DNA from: an uncultured Planctomycetota bacterium
GTDB lineage: Bacteria > Planctomycetota > Phycisphaerae > Tepidisphaerales > Tepidisphaeraceae
NCBI GenBank assembly: GCA_963841915.1
Contig: CAWJEN010000006.1
Coordinates: 1,504,001 to 1,568,000, forward strand
Direction of reading: 5' to 3'
Length of the DNA stretch: 64,000 nucleotides
A program made the translations under genes and the position numbers. Numbering within the stretch: position 1 is the stretch's first letter; each line of letters begins with the position of its first letter. Positions 1-11,993 of this stretch are shown piece by piece. The notes under the pieces are model-generated. The model had not been told where the DNA came from. It saw nothing but the letters and a program-made list of their open reading frames with translations, and ran no database searches.

Positions 1-2
1 AC

Positions 3-707
3 CGCTCGTTCCGACCGAACGTCGGGCGGATTCCGATCAACGGCCCGATCGACGACATCAAAGATCTGGACCAGTGGAAGGCGGCCGTCGATGCCATTGA
101 CGAAGAAGATTGGCCCGCACGCAGCACTGCTGGCGAAGCCTTGCTCCGTGACATCCATGTCGGCCAAATGGCCCGCGACATGACGCTGTACAAGGACGAC
201 GATGGCACGGCCTACCTCATCTACTCCTCGGAAGAGAACTCGACCCTGCAGGTGGCTGAGCTCGACGACACTTACACGGACTTCACCGGGACGTACTCGC
301 GCGTCCTGCCCGGCGGTCAGAACGAAGCCCCGGCCGTCTTCAAGTCAGGCGGTAAGTACTACATGATCGCCAGCGGCCTGACCGGTTGGGCACCCAACCC
401 CGCCCGCAGTCACGTCGCTGACAATCTGCTCGGACCCTGGACGCCGCTCGGCAGCCCGATGCGGGGCGACACCAACCCGCACACCGGCAAGGGCCCGGGC
501 CTGACTTTCGGCGGCCAAAGCACGCACATCCTCCCGAACCCGAAGAACCCGGAGCAGTTCATCGCCATGTTCGATGTCTGGACGCCGAGCGACCTCAACG
601 CAAGCCCCTACATCTGGCTGCCGATCACCTTCGAAGCCGGCAAGCCGGTGATCTACTGGCAAGACGAATGGACGCTCGACGACGGCTGGCGTCGGGCGGA
701 GCCGTAG
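3..707 (+). CDS. Glycoside hydrolase family 43 protein (galactanase/arabinanase-like), 5'-truncated by the window edge
   Basis: Frame is open from position 3. Motifs RDMTLYKDDDGTAYLIYSSEEN, NEAPAVFK..KYYMIASGLTGWAPN, TFGGQST and YIWLPI are typical of GH43 beta-propellers. Confidence 0.85.
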   Translation, partial: RSFRPNVGRIPINGPIDDIKDLDQWKAAVDAIDEEDWPARSTAGEALLRDIHVGQMARDMTLYKDDDGTAYLIYSSEENSTLQVAELDDTYTDFTGTYSRVLPGGQNEAPAVFKSGGKYYMIASGLTGWAPNPARSHVADNLLGPWTPLGSPMRGDTNPHTGKGPGLTFGGQSTHILPNPKNPEQFIAMFDVWTPSDLNASPYIWLPITFEAGKPVIYWQDEWTLDDGWRRAEP

Positions 708-770
708 CCGCTGACTTGTTCTGCTGCTGGACGAGCGTCGTCGCTGACTTTCAACCGGTGTGCGACCATG

Positions 771-1121
771 TCACTCCGACCAGACCGCCATCTCGTTGCC
801 GCTGACGTCCGCGAAGTGGAACCTTCTCCCGCCGGGGAAATCGAAGGTCGGCAGCACGATGGTTCCACCCGCGGCTTCGATCTTCGACTGCGTCGCGGCG
901 AGGTCCGCCGCGTAGAGCACGACCAGCACCGCCCCCTTCTGCGGCATCGTGTCGACCTGCTCCAAGCCGCCGTCGATTCCGGCGGCGTCGCGAGCAAAGC
1001 TGGCGTAGGTCGGGCCATAATCGGTGAACGACCAGCCGAACACCTCGCCGTAGAACCGCTTCGCGGCGGCGAGGTCCGTCACGCTGATCTCGAGGTAGTC
1101 AATCGTCTGATCCTGCGGCAT
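771..1121 (-). CDS. VOC/glyoxalase-bleomycin resistance family protein
   Basis: IDYLEISVTDLAAAKRFYGEVFGW...FDFPGGRRFHFADVSGNEMAVW, 116 aa. Confidence 0.9.
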   Translation of the reverse strand: MPQDQTIDYLEISVTDLAAAKRFYGEVFGWSFTDYGPTYASFARDAAGIDGGLEQVDTMPQKGAVLVVLYAADLAATQSKIEAAGGTIVLPTFDFPGGRRFHFADVSGNEMAVWSE

Positions 1122-1151
1122 GGGCGGCAGCGTACCGCACTATCGTTCTCC

Positions 1152-1802
1152 ATGACGCACCTCCTGCTCGCACTCCTGCTCGCTGCCCCGACGACCGCGC
1201 CCGCCGACGCTGTGACGGCTCAGCAGATCATGGCCGCCCACGGCAGCGATGCGTGGAGCGACATCGAGCAACTTGACTTCACCTTTGTCGTAACGCGGCC
1301 GGACGGCAGCGAGATGCGGCGGTCGCACGCGTGGAACGTGCCCCAGGGCGAATGCACCGTCACGACGCCCGAGGGTGAGATGACCGTGAACGTCGTCGAT
1401 TTTGACTCCGCGAATGCGACCGACGCAGAGAAGGCCGCGTTCGCCGCGTGGACCAACGACAGCTACTGGCTGCTCATGCCGCTCAAGCTCGGCGACCCCG
1501 GCGTGACGGCCACGACGCTCGGCGAGCAGGAAGCCCCCGGCGACCTCGGCACGCTTGATGCCGTCGAGCTCTCGTTCGACAACGTCGGCCTCACGCCGGG
1601 CGACAGCTACGTCGTTTACGCCGACGACGAGGGCGTGGTCCGCGGTTGGACGTTCACGTCAGCACGCGGCAATACATTCACTGTCGCCGCGAGTGAGGTA
1701 GAGGCGATGGGAGGGCTCAACCTCGTGACGAAATATGACCCGGTCGGTGGGCAGGGGCCGTCGGTCCGCTTCGAGGACGTGAAGGTCACCGCTCGCGACT
1801 GA
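1152..1802 (+). CDS. Secreted hypothetical protein
   Basis: Probable start ATG 1152 gives a signal peptide (MTHLLLALLLAAP); motifs AHGSDAW, FAAWTNDSYWLLMPLKL, VGLTPGDSY. Confidence 0.7.
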   Translation: MTHLLLALLLAAPTTAPADAVTAQQIMAAHGSDAWSDIEQLDFTFVVTRPDGSEMRRSHAWNVPQGECTVTTPEGEMTVNVVDFDSANATDAEKAAFAAWTNDSYWLLMPLKLGDPGVTATTLGEQEAPGDLGTLDAVELSFDNVGLTPGDSYVVYADDEGVVRGWTFTSARGNTFTVAASEVEAMGGLNLVTKYDPVGGQGPSVRFEDVKVTARD

Positions 1803-1845
1803 TTGCAAACTTGGCCTCGTCAGAGGGTGCAGTCGCTCGAACGCT

Positions 1846-3234
1846 TCACTTCTGCTTGTGCCAGGTGTCGACCGCCTGGTGCACGACCTCAAACAACGTC
1901 GGGTGGATGAACACCGCGTCGAGGATCGACGCCAGCGGCTGGTCGAGGTGCATGAGCATGATGAACGCGTGGATGAGTTCACCGGCCTGCGGGCCGACGA
2001 TGCACGCGCCGAGCAGCTTGCCGCGAGGGTCGTGCGGGTCGAGGACGAGCTTGACAAGGCCGACGCCTTCGCCGGTGACGCGGGCGCGGTCGTTGGACTT
2101 CATCTTGACCGTGATGATCTTCGCACCGGGGGCGTCTTTCTCTGCCTTACCGACGCGGCCGAGTTCGGGGTCGGTGAAGACCGCCCACGGAACGATGCGC
2201 TGCGGGCGTGACGGGCTGCCGCCTGGATCGCGTTGCTGGCGGAGACGGCCGAGCAGGATGTGATGATCGTCGTGGGCGGTGTGCGTGAAGGCAGGCCCGC
2301 CGCGACAATCACCGACGGCGTAGAGGCCGGGAGCACCGGTGACTTCGCCGTATGCGTCTGTCTCTATGGCCCCTTTGTCTGTCGGGTGGACGCCGACGGT
2401 GTCGAGGCCGAGGTCGGCTGTGTTGGGTTGCCTGCCGGTGGCGGTGAAGATCGTGTCGCACTCGATGGCGTCAGCCTTGTCAAAATGGACGCGGTAGCTG
2501 CCGTCAAGTTGCTCGACGCTCTCTGTCTTGGCTCCCATGACAAAGCGCACGCCTTCGCTCTGGAGCGCAGTCTTGATGAGGTCGACCATGTCCTCGTCTT
2601 CGTGGCCGAGGATGCGGTCGGACTTCTGCACGAGCGTGACATCGTGGCCCATGCGCTGGTAGAACTGGGCCATCTCGACGCCGATGTACCCGCCGCCGAT
2701 CATGACAAGTCGGCGGCCGACATCGTCGCGGTCAAGCCACGATTCGCTCGTGATCGGATCGGCTTCTTTAAGCCCGTTGATCGGCGGCAAATTGGTGCGG
2801 CTGCCGGGATCGAGAACGACGCGGCCGGCAGTGATGCGTTCGCCTGCGACCTCGATGACGTACCCCTTGCCACTGCGTCCGGCGAGCCGCGCGTGACCTT
2901 GACAGATCTTGACGCCGCCCGACTCGAAACTCCGGTGGATGTGGTGCCGGGCCTTGTCCGTCCAGACTCGGGCGCGGGACAGCACGTCTTTAAGTACCGG
3001 CCGCACCTCGCCGATCTCGATGCCCCACTCGCTCCCGCGACGTGCGTGCTCGGCGACGCGGGCACTGGCATGGACAGCCTTGCTCGGCATGCAGCCGAAG
3101 TTCACACACGACCCGCCGAAGTGCTTCCGCTCGGCAATGGCGACGGTCAGGCCATCGCTGCAAAGCTTCGGGGCCAGCGGCACATTGGCTTGGCCCGCAC
3201 CAATCATAAATACATCTACATCGAAGTCGGCCAT
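1846..3234 (-). CDS. FAD-dependent pyridine nucleotide-disulfide oxidoreductase (dihydrolipoamide dehydrogenase/mercuric reductase-like family)
   Basis: IGAGQA FAD site, GGSCVNFGCMPSK redox disulfide, IGGGYIGVE NAD site, C-terminal IHPTLFE. Confidence 0.9.
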   Translation of the reverse strand: MADFDVDVFMIGAGQANVPLAPKLCSDGLTVAIAERKHFGGSCVNFGCMPSKAVHASARVAEHARRGSEWGIEIGEVRPVLKDVLSRARVWTDKARHHIHRSFESGGVKICQGHARLAGRSGKGYVIEVAGERITAGRVVLDPGSRTNLPPINGLKEADPITSESWLDRDDVGRRLVMIGGGYIGVEMAQFYQRMGHDVTLVQKSDRILGHEDEDMVDLIKTALQSEGVRFVMGAKTESVEQLDGSYRVHFDKADAIECDTIFTATGRQPNTADLGLDTVGVHPTDKGAIETDAYGEVTGAPGLYAVGDCRGGPAFTHTAHDDHHILLGRLRQQRDPGGSPSRPQRIVPWAVFTDPELGRVGKAEKDAPGAKIITVKMKSNDRARVTGEGVGLVKLVLDPHDPRGKLLGACIVGPQAGELIHAFIMLMHLDQPLASILDAVFIHPTLFEVVHQAVDTWHKQK

Positions 3235-3274
3235 CAGGATTTGACACTAGCGCAACGGCGGTGGCGAACATCCA

Positions 3275-5266
3275 CTAACGCGGCACGTCGTCCCGCGCGT
3301 CTCGCCACCAAAGCTCCAGCATCATGAGTGCAAACAGCGCGTGGCCGTGGTCTTGGCGACCAGCTTCGTGGTCCTCGATCAACAAGCCGACCGCCGTCGG
3401 GTCGAACCACTCGCTCGCCAGTGAGTCATCGGCCAGTACCAGATCACGCAGCATCGAGCGAAGCGGCCCGCGGAGCCACGCACCAATCGGCACAGCAAAA
3501 CCACGCTTCTTCCGCGAAAAGACGCCCGACGGCAGGCTGTTGGCAAAAGCGTCCCGCAGCAGGCGTTTGCCGCCGCGGGGGCCGATGAGGTCGTTGTCCC
3601 CGAGCGACGCGGCAAACTGGATCAGGTCGCGGTCGACGAACGGTGACCGCACCTCCAGGCCGTGCAGCATCGACGCGCGGTCGACCTTCACCAGAAGATC
3701 GCCAGGCAGATACGTCGCACGGTCGACAGCAGTCGCGGCGGCGGCGACATCGTTGCCGCGAACGAACGCGTCGAACCAGCGTCCACCAACGCGGCCGGCG
3801 GCGTCGCGACTCAACAGCGTCGCAGATAAGCCTCCCATGCCGCCGGGTGTCATCCAGCGCAAACGGCTGTGCGGAAATATCCGCATGTAGCTCGCGTAAC
3901 GCTCGGCAGTACCAAGGGAAACGGACCCTGCCAAACGCATGGCTCGACGGACCGGGTTCTTCTCACCGAGGCGGGAGACGATCGGGTCGAGAAGCGAGGT
4001 GGCTACGGACGCGGCTCGCTTGCCTAGCGGCAGGGCCTCGAGGCGGTTGGCGAGCTGAAGGGCTCGATACCGGTCGTATCCGCCGAACAGTTCATCGCCA
4101 CCGTCACCGCCCAGGGCGACCGTCACGTGCCCGCGCACCTTCTCGGCAAGTACGCGCGTCGGCAGGATGCTCGAGTCGGCGAACGGTTCGCCGAGCGACT
4201 CGATCAATCGTGGCAGGTCACCGGCGGCGTCGAACGTCGCAGGCGAGACGCGGAAGACGTGGTGTCGGCAGTCAAGATGATTGGCCACCTCAGCGGCGTA
4301 GGCCGACTCGTCGTAGCCGGCGCTGCCGACGCCGTCAAACCCGATGGAGAAGGTATCGACGGTTGAGCCGGTCGCCCGCCGCATGTGCAGGGCGACGACG
4401 CTGGAGTCGATCCCGCCGCTGAGCAGGCAGCCGATCGGCACGTCGCTCACGAGACGCTTTTCGACTGCCGCGCCGACGAGGGTGCGGGTGCGGGTGACTG
4501 CCGACGCGTGGCGTCCGACGCCATCGGCCTCGAATCGGCCACCGGCGTCAAAGTAGCGGCGACGGGTCAAACCACCGGCGTCGATCGTCATGCAGCAGCC
4601 GGGCGGCAGCTTTTCGACGCCGCGATGGATCGTCATCTCGCCCGGGATGTAGCCCCAGGCGAGGTACTCCCGCAGGCTGTCGGCATTGATGGACAGGTCG
4701 CACCAGCCGAGCTTGGCCGCCGCCCGGCGCAGTGGTCGAAGCTCACTCGCGAAGAGGGCCGTGCCGTCGCTGACACCGAAGAACAGTGGCTTCTCACCGG
4801 CCGCGTCGCGGGCCAGGAACAGGCTCGGCCGCGATGTGCGGGCGTCGTAGATCGCAAAGGCGAACATGCCGTCAAGCCGGTCGACGCAGCCCTCGCCCCA
4901 GCGCTCGTAGGCGGCGAGCAGGACTTCGGTGTCGCCGTCGGTCTGCCAGTCACCGCCGAGCTCGCTGCGAAGCTGGCGGAAGTTGAAGATCTCACCGTTG
5001 AAGACGACGACGAGGTTGCCACCGGCACCGACGAACGGCTGACCCGACCGCGGTCGGGGGTCTATAACGGCAAGTCGACGATGGGCCAACGCGACGGCCG
5101 GTCGGTTGGCGGCGGGCGAGGCGTCGAGGTGGTCGGTCCACGTCCCTTCGCCATCAGGGCCACGATGCCGCATGCCGTCACAGAACAGCCGCAGCGTCGT
5201 CTCGGCGACGGCGGTCGTTAGCGGACGGTCGGGGTTGTAGCTGATCGCCCCGGCAACGCCGCACAT
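3275..5266 (-). CDS. asnB: Asparagine synthase (glutamine-hydrolysing) family amidotransferase
   Basis: N-terminal MCGVAG (Ntn Cys), HRGPD, HRRLAVID, FNGEIFN, LLSGGIDSS, GDGGDELFGGY, KVDRASM, RKKRGF. Confidence 0.92.
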   Translation of the reverse strand: MCGVAGAISYNPDRPLTTAVAETTLRLFCDGMRHRGPDGEGTWTDHLDASPAANRPAVALAHRRLAVIDPRPRSGQPFVGAGGNLVVVFNGEIFNFRQLRSELGGDWQTDGDTEVLLAAYERWGEGCVDRLDGMFAFAIYDARTSRPSLFLARDAAGEKPLFFGVSDGTALFASELRPLRRAAAKLGWCDLSINADSLREYLAWGYIPGEMTIHRGVEKLPPGCCMTIDAGGLTRRRYFDAGGRFEADGVGRHASAVTRTRTLVGAAVEKRLVSDVPIGCLLSGGIDSSVVALHMRRATGSTVDTFSIGFDGVGSAGYDESAYAAEVANHLDCRHHVFRVSPATFDAAGDLPRLIESLGEPFADSSILPTRVLAEKVRGHVTVALGGDGGDELFGGYDRYRALQLANRLEALPLGKRAASVATSLLDPIVSRLGEKNPVRRAMRLAGSVSLGTAERYASYMRIFPHSRLRWMTPGGMGGLSATLLSRDAAGRVGGRWFDAFVRGNDVAAAATAVDRATYLPGDLLVKVDRASMLHGLEVRSPFVDRDLIQFAASLGDNDLIGPRGGKRLLRDAFANSLPSGVFSRKKRGFAVPIGAWLRGPLRSMLRDLVLADDSLASEWFDPTAVGLLIEDHEAGRQDHGHALFALMMLELWWRDARDDVPR

Positions 5267-5317
5267 GTTGCACTGTATCGGCCCGAAGCGCCACCAGGTG
5301 TTGACCGGGCAGACGCC

Positions 5318-5812
5318 TTAATCGGTCGCTTCGGACTGCACCGTCGTCGCACTCGAATAGCCGTCTCCAGCCTGCAGGACCGGCTGATACTGGTCGCTGT
5401 CCATGATGGCGATGCCGATGAAGATCGTCAGGAACAACAGCGTGCTGACGAGGATGAGCTGATTGAGCTTCGTATCCCAGAACAGGTGCATGAAGAACAT
5501 CGCCACGAGGATCGCTTTGATGAAGGCAAGACCCAGGGCCACGATGATGTTGAACTGGCCCAGATCGACGAAGCGGGCACCGACGGTCGCGACGGTCAGC
5601 AGGACCAGTGCCGCAAACGTGCCGTACATGATGGGCAGCGGGGCGACATGAGGTTCGTCGTGTGGCTCTGCATTAACAGGCACATCAACGCCCCGCAGGC
5701 CGCGTGCGATGCCGCCATCGCGCTCGTCGCTGAGCCGCGAGTCGTCGTCGGTGAGCTCCGCAAGGTTGATGCGGCCTGTGCCGCGGACGCCGCTGTCGTT
5801 CGTGATGGCCAT
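5318..5812 (-). CDS. ctaF: Cytochrome c oxidase subunit IV family protein
   Basis: Three TM helices with KAILVAMFFMHL motif; last gene of the cox operon. Confidence 0.85.
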   Translation of the reverse strand: MAITNDSGVRGTGRINLAELTDDDSRLSDERDGGIARGLRGVDVPVNAEPHDEPHVAPLPIMYGTFAALVLLTVATVGARFVDLGQFNIIVALGLAFIKAILVAMFFMHLFWDTKLNQLILVSTLLFLTIFIGIAIMDSDQYQPVLQAGDGYSSATTVQSEATD

Positions 5813-5815
5813 GAC

Positions 5816-7006
5816 TTAGTGGATGAGATACAGCAGCGGGAAGAGGAAGATCCAGATGAGGTCGACGATGTGCCAGTAGAGGCCGACGAGGTCGACGGGC
5901 GTGAAGTATTTGGGCCCGAAGGTGCCGGCGATGCTCTTGATGAGCACCCAGCCGATGAGGCCCATCCCGACCAGGACGTGCACGCCGTGCAGACCCGTCA
6001 TCATGTAATAGATGCCGAAGAACGCCTTGATGTTCTGTCGGTCCTGGGCGTCGAGGTCGTCGTACTCGATGGTGGCGTGCCCGCCCGCATGCCCGCCGCT
6101 GGCGATGACGCTGGCGGACGTGGGGCTGTTGAACGCCGGCCTATGCAGGGCGGCATCGCTGGTGCCTTGGTGCGGATCGACGTAGCCCGGACCGAGCCGA
6201 GCCAAATCTTCGCTGGTCTGCGTGCCCATCGGGTCGCGCGGCGACTCGGCGTGGTTGTCACCGTGATCGGCTGAATCGATGTCTCGTGGCGCTCCGCTGA
6301 CACCTTCGCTGCCGCCACCACCGGCGGAGGTCAGCGGGTTGCCGTCGTCGACCGGTGCGGGCTCGAGACCGACGGCGTCATCGCTCTCGCCATGATGTGC
6401 CGCGTCGTCGGCGTGACTCTCATCTCCACCGTGATCCGCGGCACTGCCCCCGTGAGCTTCGTCTCCGTGAGCTTCGTCTCCGTGCGACGCCTCGTTGACG
6501 TGAGCCATGTGGGCGGCAAAGCGAGCTTGACTCTCGCTCGTCGACCGGTCGTAGACGCTCCAGCGGCCTGGGAAGTAGCCGTGCTGGAACTTCTCGCTGT
6601 ACTCGATGGTCTTGATGACCATGAAGCCGACGGCCCCGAGGAGCGTCATGACGAGCATGAGCTTGAGGTACGTCTGCTGCCCGAGCTGTGCCGCCCGAAC
6701 GGCCAACGCCATCGTGAGCGAACTGGCGAGCAGGACGATCGTGTTGGTCGCGCCGAGCCACGTGTTGAGGTGGTGCTCGCTGTAGCGAAAGACGTCGGGG
6801 TTGTTGTAGCGGTAGACCGCGTAGGCGCAGAACAGGCCGCCGAACATGAGGATTTCAGTCGCCAGGAACACCCACATGCCGATCTTGGCCGAGTCGTACT
6901 GCTGCTCGGGCGTATCGAAGTGGTGCGCCAGGTGAGGCGGATGGTCGCCGTGGTGGCCATGATCCGCATCGGTGGCGGGGGCGTGTTCAGGGTTGAAGGC
7001 GCTCAT
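5816..7006 (-). CDS. ctaE: Cytochrome c oxidase subunit III with a long His/acidic insertion
   Basis: GMWVFLATEILMFGGLF, NTIVLLASS, MTGLHGVHV, GLYWHIVDLIWIFLFPLLYL. Confidence 0.93.
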   Translation of the reverse strand: MSAFNPEHAPATDADHGHHGDHPPHLAHHFDTPEQQYDSAKIGMWVFLATEILMFGGLFCAYAVYRYNNPDVFRYSEHHLNTWLGATNTIVLLASSLTMALAVRAAQLGQQTYLKLMLVMTLLGAVGFMVIKTIEYSEKFQHGYFPGRWSVYDRSTSESQARFAAHMAHVNEASHGDEAHGDEAHGGSAADHGGDESHADDAAHHGESDDAVGLEPAPVDDGNPLTSAGGGGSEGVSGAPRDIDSADHGDNHAESPRDPMGTQTSEDLARLGPGYVDPHQGTSDAALHRPAFNSPTSASVIASGGHAGGHATIEYDDLDAQDRQNIKAFFGIYYMMTGLHGVHVLVGMGLIGWVLIKSIAGTFGPKYFTPVDLVGLYWHIVDLIWIFLFPLLYLIH

Positions 7007-7073
7007 GCGTCGTCGTTCGTGCGGAGGGGAAGCGTCAGGTCAGGACCGAGCCGGATGGTAGAGCCGTGCCGGG

Positions 7074-8945
<1,872 letters not shown>

Positions 8946-9006
8946 GACGTGGGGTGGTACGGCTGACCTTCAGAAACGATAACCTTCGATGACCGGCAAG
9001 ATTGCT

Positions 9007-10310
9007 TTACTCCGTCTCCAGCGGCGGGGCGGTCTCTTCGCCGTCGACGTCCTTGGGTGCTTCCAAAGCCGCCTTCTCCGCCTCTGACGTGTACTCGCTG
9101 ATCGTCTTCATGTAAGCGATGATGCTCATGACGTCCCGATCGTCGAGGACGCCCAGGTAGCTGGCCATGGCGTTGCCGTAGCCCTGGCGACGATCTTGCG
9201 GGACGGGTAGTAAATGCTCTCGCGGATGTAGTCTTCGTTGACCTCGACGACTTCACCGTCTGCCATGGCGTGATCTGGAGCGTTCCACAGGTTCAACCAC
9301 GACGGGCCGGTGCCGGCCGTGCCGTCGACGCTGTGGCAGCCGATGCAGCCGCGGGCGCTGTACAGATACTCACCGACCTCGGCAGGTGGCTTGGGCTCGC
9401 CGGTCGTCGGATCCTCGTAGGGGTTGCTCATGACGGCGAAAACCTCCTCGAATCGATCCGGCTCGAACACGAAGACCTTGGCACCCATGCGGCTGTGCTT
9501 CTGGCCGCAGTACTCGGTGCAGAAGAGTTCGAAGATGCCGGTTTCGGTCGGTGTGGCCCAGGTCCGGTTGAAGCGACCGGGCACCACGTCCTTCTTCATG
9601 CGGAAGGCCGGGATGTAGATCGAGTGGATGACGTCCTGGCTCTTTAGCGTGAACTCGACCGGACGGTCCTTGGGCAGGTAAAGGTGGTTCGTCTGCGACC
9701 CATCAGGATACTCGAACGTCCAGTACCACGAGGCGGCGATGACGTTGATCTTCAGTGCGTTCGGCGGGGCGATCGTGTCGTTGAGGTAGCCGCGGAAGCC
9801 GAAGACGAACATGACCAGCACGATGCAGGTCGGGATGACGGTCCACGTGATCTCGAGCGTCGTCGAGTGGGTGCTGACGTTGACCGGGTCGGGCTCGTCG
9901 TCGCTGCGGGCGCGGTACTTGATGGCGAACCAGACCATGGCCGCGATGACCAGCACCGTGAAGAAGACGCTGACCCACAGGATGTAGTCGAACATGAAGT
10001 CGACGTCGCTGGCGCGGCTGGCTGCGTCCTGCGGCATCCAGGTCAGCGGGTTCTCGAGGAACCCCGTGTCCTTCTGGGCCGGCAGCTCAGGAGCCAGGCC
10101 GCGAACGGTCGTGACGACGTCGATGACCTTGTCGTCGCCGTCTAGCAGCACACCGGCGGCGTCGTTGACTTCTTTGCGGACGGCGTTCTCGTCCGCCTGC
10201 CGAATGACCGGCCGCACGTCCTCTTCGGCATCTTGCGCCGACGCGGGAGCAACGAGACCGAGAGCCAGGACAAGGAGCAGCAGGCGAGCCATTGTGGGTA
10301 GGGCAGACAT
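9007..10310 (-). CDS. ctaC: Cytochrome c oxidase subunit II with fused C-terminal cytochrome c (caa3 type); frameshift near 9185
   Basis: HSTTLEITWT, DVIHS, CuA motif CTEYCGQKHSRM and heme motif CIGCH. The C-terminus continues in another frame (GYGNAMASYLG...) to TAA at 9007. The ORF is in frame with the upstream SCO ORF. Confidence 0.9.
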
Positions 10311-11327
10311 CGTCAGGGAGTTCACAGGTGGCTTAGCGGTCGGAGAAGCGCCGCCGCGGTCGGCTGGGGGAGCGGGCGCTTCGGAGCGGTCGAGGTAGCC
10401 GAGTTCCTCGGCAGGCGTCCCGGCCATGGGGTGACGGCCGAGCCGGCCTCGTCGTTCGGCGTAGACGAGGAAGCCGATCACGCCGAACAGCGTCAACATG
10501 ACCGCAACGCCGCCGAGCATCATGACGGTCCGCACGCCGGCCGTGTACTTGCCCGTGTGCGGGTCAAAGCTGAAGCAGTAGTAGACGAACGCGTCCTTCA
10601 GGCTCGGCTGCAGCTTACCGTCGCTGGCGTCGACGACGCTGAGCCGGACGGCCTGTGCGTCGAAGTTGGGGCCCTGCAGGTAGCGGCTGACCTTGCCGTC
10701 AGGCGTGAGGATGATGATCGTGCCGGTGTGGCTGTAGGCCTGTGCCTCGGGCACCCAGACGAAGTTGAAGCCGGCAGCCTCGGTCAGACGCTCGATGCTG
10801 AGGTCGGTGCCGACCCAGAAACCCCAGGCGGCGGCGACCTGCTCCTTGTCGAACGTACGGGCCATCACGTCGACGGTCGCGTCCTTGTTCGACTGGGCCA
10901 GTTCTGCCGACTCGCGGGAGTCGAAGCTGACGGTCAGCACGTCAAAGTCGTCGCCGATGGTCAGCTCTTCGGAGAGCTCGCCCATGGCCTTGACCATGCC
11001 GTTCATGACCTCGCCGCAGAGGGCGGGGCAGCGGTAGTAGGCCAATTGCAGGACGACGGGCTTGTCGCCGTCGAAGGCATCGCCGAGGGTGACCTGGTTG
11101 CCGTCTGAGTCGGTGAAGACGGCGTCAAGGGGCAGCTTGTCACCGAGCTTTTCATCAATGCCTGCCCCGGCGCGGGCGTCGTTGAGGACGTTGCTCTCGT
11201 AGGCACCGTCGAGGTCGCCGGCCGTGGGCTGCTGGTACTGGGCCGAGCTGATGGAGGCGGCTCCAAAGACGACGACAGCCGCGGTGGCGGCTGCGGTTCG
11301 GAGGATGCTCAAAGAGGTGGTCACCAC
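10311..11327 (-). CDS. SCO1/SenC family copper chaperone, with no in-frame stop before ctaC
   Basis: Signal peptide, GIDEKLG..LPLD..FTD, YYRCPALC (CxxxC), YSH Cu ligand, LTPDGKVSRYL, CFSFDP..GKY plus TM helix. Confidence 0.85.
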
Positions 11328-11364
11328 GGTTACTTTACGACGTCGACGGTCGTTTCGTTTCAGA

Positions 11365-11928
11365 TCACTCGCCGTCTGTGGCGGATTGTCCCGATGTCTC
11401 GGCGGCTTCGTTGTCGCTCAGCTCCACATACGACTGCGGGTCGCGGAAGACCTCGTTCTTGAGGTGGACGTAGAAGTTGCTGCCGCGATCAAGCTCGGCC
11501 ATTTCTTCGGCCGAAATGGCCGGGCCGCCACGCGCTGCGACGATGGCTGCCATCGCATCATGGATCGGGACAGCCAGCGTCGACCGCTCGTCGTCGATGA
11601 AGCGGTAGCCGTTGTAGTTGACCGGATACTCCACGCCCCGCTCGAGGCGGTTGTTGTCACCTGGACGATTGAAAGTCGTCGGAAACGCGGTGCTGGCGGC
11701 GTAGATGGTGTCGTTGCCGACGCGGTCGCCGATGTTGGCGTACTGCTCGCTCTTGAGACGCCTCCAGTCCTCGTTGTCGTCGGTCGCGTAACGCTCCTGG
11801 AGGATGAGGTCCGTCTCGTAGCCGAACCACGCCTGCACGCCCAAGGCAGAGATCAGCAGGATCATGGCCCCGACCACACCCACGAATGCGACGAGGCCGA
11901 CGTTGACGTCTTGACGGAAGGAAGTCAT
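11365..11928 (-). CDS. Hypothetical single-TM protein of the ACIII-cox operon (ActG-like position)
   Basis: N-terminal TM helix and a YRFID....LAVPIHDAM motif; lies between actF and SCO. Confidence 0.6.
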   Translation of the reverse strand: MTSFRQDVNVGLVAFVGVVGAMILLISALGVQAWFGYETDLILQERYATDDNEDWRRLKSEQYANIGDRVGNDTIYAASTAFPTTFNRPGDNNRLERGVEYPVNYNGYRFIDDERSTLAVPIHDAMAAIVAARGGPAISAEEMAELDRGSNFYVHLKNEVFRDPQSYVELSDNEAAETSGQSATDGE

Positions 11929-11993
11929 GGGGAATCAGGAACGAGCGATGAAAGACGAGGAGCGAAGGGCAGACGGCAAGTCGTTCCTGATCG

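Noticed and set aside
1846..3234. merA mercuric reductase
   Set aside because: It lacks the C-terminal vicinal Cys-Cys pair and the N-terminal metal-binding domain, and no mer genes are nearby.
3275..5266. Lasso-peptide cyclase or a functional link of asnB to the cox operon
   Set aside because: The Ntn glutaminase Cys is intact, there is no precursor or B-protein gene, and the gene has its own TACAGT box upstream.
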